From assembly GCA_041675205.1 (NCBI GenBank), contig JBAYUF010000002.1, forward strand, positions 134,568-187,081: 52,514 bases of DNA, given 5' to 3'. Source of the DNA: Patescibacteria group bacterium. GTDB lineage: Bacteria; Patescibacteriota; Patescibacteriia; GWA2-46-9. The notes beneath the pieces are model-generated. The model was given only the letters and a program-made list of their open reading frames with translations. It was not told the origin of the DNA and did not search any database. Positions 49,033-52,514 of the stretch are shown in pieces. Each line of letters starts with the position of its first letter. Positions within the stretch are counted from its first letter, which is position 1. A program made the translations under genes and the position numbers.

Positions 49033-49912
49033 TATAGGGAAACAACGCCTCGACCTCTATCTCGTAGCGTCCCTTGGGTTGTCGCGGAGTCGGGTGCAAC
49101 AGCTGATTCGTAGTGGGGCAGTGCTTATTAGTGGGGTTGCCCCAGTCATACACCATTGGTTAAAAGCAGGAGAAGTCATTACCGTTGTCGATAATCCAGA
49201 GGCGTTGATTCCTCCACCCCCAGCTCCAGAACTTGTTATTCTCGACGAGACTGAAGATTTTTTAGTTGTCGTCAAGCAAGCTGGCGTTCTTGTTCACCCG
49301 GCGCCGAACGCCAAAGCGCCAACCTTAACTTCCGCGTTACTAAACTATTTACCAGCCATCGCAACAGTTGGTCAGCCGGACCGCCCCGGTATCGTGCATC
49401 GTCTTGATCGTGATGTTTCTGGTCTTCTTGTGGTCGCTAAGACGGCAGCTATGTATGACTGGTTGGTGAACGAGTTTCGTGAACGACGAGTGGAGAAGCA
49501 GTACACCGCACTGGTGCACGGCAGCATTGATCGTGACGAAGGTCTTATAACGTTTCCGATTGGTCGCTCGAAAACAAATCCGGGTCGTATGGCTGCTCGA
49601 CCAAGCGGTGGTGAAGGACGGTCCGCCGAGACTGCGTACACGGTGCTTACTCGGTATGTTAACTTCACGTTACTTTCCGTGGTCATTCATACTGGCCGAA
49701 CGCACCAAATACGAACCCACCTCAATGCCCTGGGTCACCCCGTGGTAGGGGACGCGTTGTACGGTAAAGTGTTGGCTCAGGGTGTGGCGTTGCCTCGACT
49801 TTTTTTGCAGGCGACGAATCTTGGATTCCGCGACTCACAGGAAGTTTGGCATCGGTATACGTTGCCGCTCGACGCTGAACTTGCTACCTTCTTGACTACC
49901 ATAACGGCATGA
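49001..49912 (+). CDS. RluA/RluD family pseudouridine synthase with S4 domain
   Basis: RLDLYL, RPGIVHRLDRDVSG, HTGRTHQIR.H...GHPVVGD.LYG. Confidence 0.93.
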   Translation: MPEHTLKVPIDIGKQRLDLYLVASLGLSRSRVQQLIRSGAVLISGVAPVIHHWLKAGEVITVVDNPEALIPPPPAPELVILDETEDFLVVVKQAGVLVHPAPNAKAPTLTSALLNYLPAIATVGQPDRPGIVHRLDRDVSGLLVVAKTAAMYDWLVNEFRERRVEKQYTALVHGSIDRDEGLITFPIGRSKTNPGRMAARPSGGEGRSAETAYTVLTRYVNFTLLSVVIHTGRTHQIRTHLNALGHPVVGDALYGKVLAQGVALPRLFLQATNLGFRDSQEVWHRYTLPLDAELATFLTTITA

Positions 49913-50508
49913 CTCCGAAACCGCTGAAACAAAAAAATACCGGCACCCTCTTTCTTTTGGTGGGTCCGTCGCGTGTGGGCAAAGACACCATTCTTCGTTC
50001 GCTGCTCCGGCGTAGAAGTTTGGGACTCGTGAAACTCGTAACCATGACAACTCGTTTGCGTCGACCGGGTGAGATAGCCGGGAAGACGTATCATTACGTA
50101 TCCGACGATGCATTTCAGGAGCGCATAGCAAAAAAGCAGTTACTCGAATGGGCACCAGTGCGTAATTATAAATATGGGACACCGAAAGAGCCGTTACTAA
50201 CATTGTTGCAGCAAGGTCACAATGTCATTCAACAGATTGACGTACGAGGTGCCGCAGCACTTCGAGCCCGCACGCTGCGAACAATAACCATTTTTATACT
50301 CCCTGGTTCCCTTGCCGAACTAAAAGTGCGACTTAGTTCGAACACGTTTACCCCAGAACAGCGGCGGGTGCGATGGACAGAGACCGAACAAGAATTAGCA
50401 CGTCAGACCGAGTTTGATTATCGCATTGTGAATACGCAAGGAAAATTAGGGCAGGCGGTTGATGAGGTTGCTGCTATCATTCGGAGTATTGCGCAAGTGC
50501 ACTCTTGA
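49909..50508 (+). CDS. gmk: Guanylate kinase
   Basis: GPSRVGKDT, TTRLRRPGE..G..YHY, YGTP, IDVRGA. Confidence 0.92.
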   Translation: MTPKPLKQKNTGTLFLLVGPSRVGKDTILRSLLRRRSLGLVKLVTMTTRLRRPGEIAGKTYHYVSDDAFQERIAKKQLLEWAPVRNYKYGTPKEPLLTLLQQGHNVIQQIDVRGAAALRARTLRTITIFILPGSLAELKVRLSSNTFTPEQRRVRWTETEQELARQTEFDYRIVNTQGKLGQAVDEVAAIIRSIAQVHS

Positions 50509-50589
50509 CTGACCGTACGTTATTGCTTAGAATAGCTGAGCATTTTACCCCCGAAATTCGGGCTTTTTTATTCGATTTTTGAGCGTTGT

Positions 50590-51105
50590 ATGGCTGAAGA
50601 AGAAGTAGAGAAAACTGAAGAGGTGCCAGTTGCCCCTTCTGAAGAACCAAAAGAAGCAGCTACAGCCCCAGAGATGGCGGCTGAGGTGCCTGCTGAAACT
50701 GTTGAAGCCGAGCCAGCAGAGGCGACGGCTGAAGAAGTTGTGGCTGTCAGTGAGGCTGCCGTGGTGAGTGTTGGCCCAGTGTACCCAGAAGTAGTGCCGG
50801 GTGCTCTCGTGCGGGTACACCAACGAATTCGGGAAGTTACGCCAAAGGGCGAAGAGAAAGAGCGTGTACAGATTTTCGAAGGTACGGTCATAGGTCGGAA
50901 GCATGGCTCAGAAGCCGGTGCCACTATTACCGTTCGCAAAATCTCAAATGGCGTTGGTGTTGAAAAGATTTTCCCACTGCACTTACCAACCATCGACAAG
51001 ATTGAAGTGAAGAAGCTCTACCGAGTGCGTCGAGCAAAGCTTGGTTATCTCCGAACATCAAAGAAGCGAATTAAGGAAGTGAAGAAGGTTACTGCTGCGG
51101 CGTAA
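50590..51105 (+). CDS. rplS: 50S ribosomal protein L19 with acidic N-terminal extension
   Basis: [35 protein letters not shown]. Confidence 0.95.
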   Translation: MAEEEVEKTEEVPVAPSEEPKEAATAPEMAAEVPAETVEAEPAEATAEEVVAVSEAAVVSVGPVYPEVVPGALVRVHQRIREVTPKGEEKERVQIFEGTVIGRKHGSEAGATITVRKISNGVGVEKIFPLHLPTIDKIEVKKLYRVRRAKLGYLRTSKKRIKEVKKVTAAA

Positions 51106-51149
51106 CCTTGCGTGGCGTCTGACAGGGCGCTACACTCTACAAATTGTGC

Positions 51150-51236
51150 GCGCGGGTGGCGGAATTGGTATACGCGCTAGCTTGAGGGGCTAGTGGGAGC
51201 AATCCCATGGAGGTTCGAGTCCTCTCCCGCGCACCA
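51150..51236 (+). tRNA. tRNA-Leu(GAG)
   Basis: GCGCGGG/CCCGCGC acceptor, loop TTGAGGG, long variable arm, encoded CCA. Confidence 0.97.
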
Positions 51237-51670
51237 AAAAAAATTGCTGACTTTGCGTCAGCTATTTTTTTTGGTGAAGGCAAGGAAGGACTCGAACCTG
51301 GGAAAGGGGTCGGGAAAACGGAAGTTTTCCCGCAGCGGAATTATTCAAACCGAGGGGTTTGAAAGAGGAGCTTTGGCGACGAGGGTTCTAGGAGCGAAGC
51401 GACGGAGTCCTCTCCCGCGCACCAGTAATGTATATAACGATAGTAGTCCCGAAATAGCGGGGCACCAAAAAAAATTGCTGACTTTGCGTCAGTGATTTTT
51501 TTTGGTGAAGACAAGGAAGGACTCGAACCTGGGGAAGGGGTTCCGCCAGAGGCGGACAGACGGGGAGCGGAGAAGTTTCTCTGCGGCGGAATCTCGCCCG
51601 CAACACCAGTGCGTAGCACTGCCGGCAGGTATTCTCCTCCAAGGGCGGATCCTCCTTTGGTGGAAAACCG
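51237..51670 (+). repeat. Composite tRNA-Leu(GAG) trailer: inverted and direct copies of the tRNA 3' half plus palindromic modules
   Basis: Antisense T-arm 51288-51299; 20-nt direct repeat 51405-51424; ~78-nt duplication 51231-51309 / 51462-51540. Confidence 0.88.
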
Positions 51671-51920
51671 AACAATGATAATGGATATAAAAGAGAAGTC
51701 CGCCGCGGTGGACAACAAAGGCTATATTTCGGCTATATTCTTAGCCAGCGCATCAGTTTTTTATTATGATGGTGTCCTAATGTGTACAATATTAGTAGTC
51801 CCTATTTTAGGGGGGCATCAGCGATATTCTATCAATATATAGTTTGACTAAATGTTAAAAATATAGTATGCTAGCTCTGATTTTAACAGACTTGTTTTAC
51901 TAGAAATCGTTATTTTCAAA

Positions 51921-52514
51921 GTGGAAAAAAGTCATACAAAGGTAACTTGGGCTACTAAAAAAGTCACAAAAAAATGTGCTGCTTTTTATTTAGATTGTAT
52001 TAAATTGTCGGTTCTTTCTCCTTTTGAACATTTCACGGTAAACAAAGATTTTCCTAAAAGATTTTTTGCTTCGGCTGCAATTTGTGGCCTACTTCTGTAC
52101 ACGATTTTGCCATACGGCCAAGTTGCCGCCGCCGCCTCTACGTTTACGCAAACAAACTGGGCGGGCGGAGTAACAGCAAATAGCGCAGTACATGCATCTA
52201 ATCAAACAGGCTGGACGGAATACAGTGTAAAAGACGCAGCACTATCGATTGTGAATGGAGGCGCTGATTTGCAGCTCGGCGTTACCTCGCAATCGCTTAC
52301 CCAGACGAGCGATGCAAATGCGGCTACCGGATTTAACCTTACAGGAAGCGCACATACCCAGACCGAAGTTACGGGCGCCGGGAGCTCGGCATCCATTATT
52401 TTGAATACGGTTGCTGACGCTGCTACCACGACTGTTGCGGCAGGCAATGCACATTCGTGCGCACTGCGTGCTGACGGCACGGTCTTTTGCTGGGGTATGA
52501 ACTATTACGGCCAG
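51921..52514 (+). CDS. Secreted/surface protein with RCC1-type repeat (runs off the window end)
   Basis: Frame open from 51867 to the end; signal peptide ..GLLLYTILPYGQVAAAA-STF; AAGNAHSCALRADGTVFCWGMNYYGQ RCC1 motif. The start codon is uncertain (GTG 51921 or TTG 52005); TTGACT-17-TATGCT promoter at ~51844-51872. Confidence 0.75.
   Translation, partial: MEKSHTKVTWATKKVTKKCAAFYLDCIKLSVLSPFEHFTVNKDFPKRFFASAAICGLLLYTILPYGQVAAAASTFTQTNWAGGVTANSAVHASNQTGWTEYSVKDAALSIVNGGADLQLGVTSQSLTQTSDANAATGFNLTGSAHTQTEVTGAGSSASIILNTVADAATTTVAAGNAHSCALRADGTVFCWGMNYYGQ

Overview
A 52.5 kb chromosomal window, most likely from a Patescibacteria (CPR) genome. That placement is an inference from the 23S-5S unit lacking an adjacent 16S, the split transketolase, the truncated GlmU and TlyA proteins and the GC-rich palindromic repeats. 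Most of the window is housekeeping: ruvA, murE, rpoB-rpoC, pepA, 23S+5S rRNA, a pentose-phosphate operon, B12-dependent nrdJ, cobO, CCA enzyme, rluD-like, gmk, rplS and seven tRNAs. The most interesting signals are non-coding. (1) Four tRNA genes with a gene-encoded CCA are followed by short hairpin units; the modules are shared between loci, but each unit ends in the 3' nucleotides of its local tRNA. (2) A partial tRNA-Val duplicate has its D-arm replaced by a stack of palindromic modules. (3) A complete T-box riboswitch with an ultrashort stem I (GAC/Asp specifier, UGGC bulge, intrinsic terminator) precedes an aminotransferase + archaeal-type PEP carboxylase operon. (4) A minimal cobalamin-riboswitch-like RNA has no adjacent target gene. 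(5) There are uORF+terminator leaders before rpoB and the 23S gene, and a 36-aa histone-H1-like peptide with a strong SD. All calls were made by eye; no searches or folding programs were run, and RNA ends are approximate.
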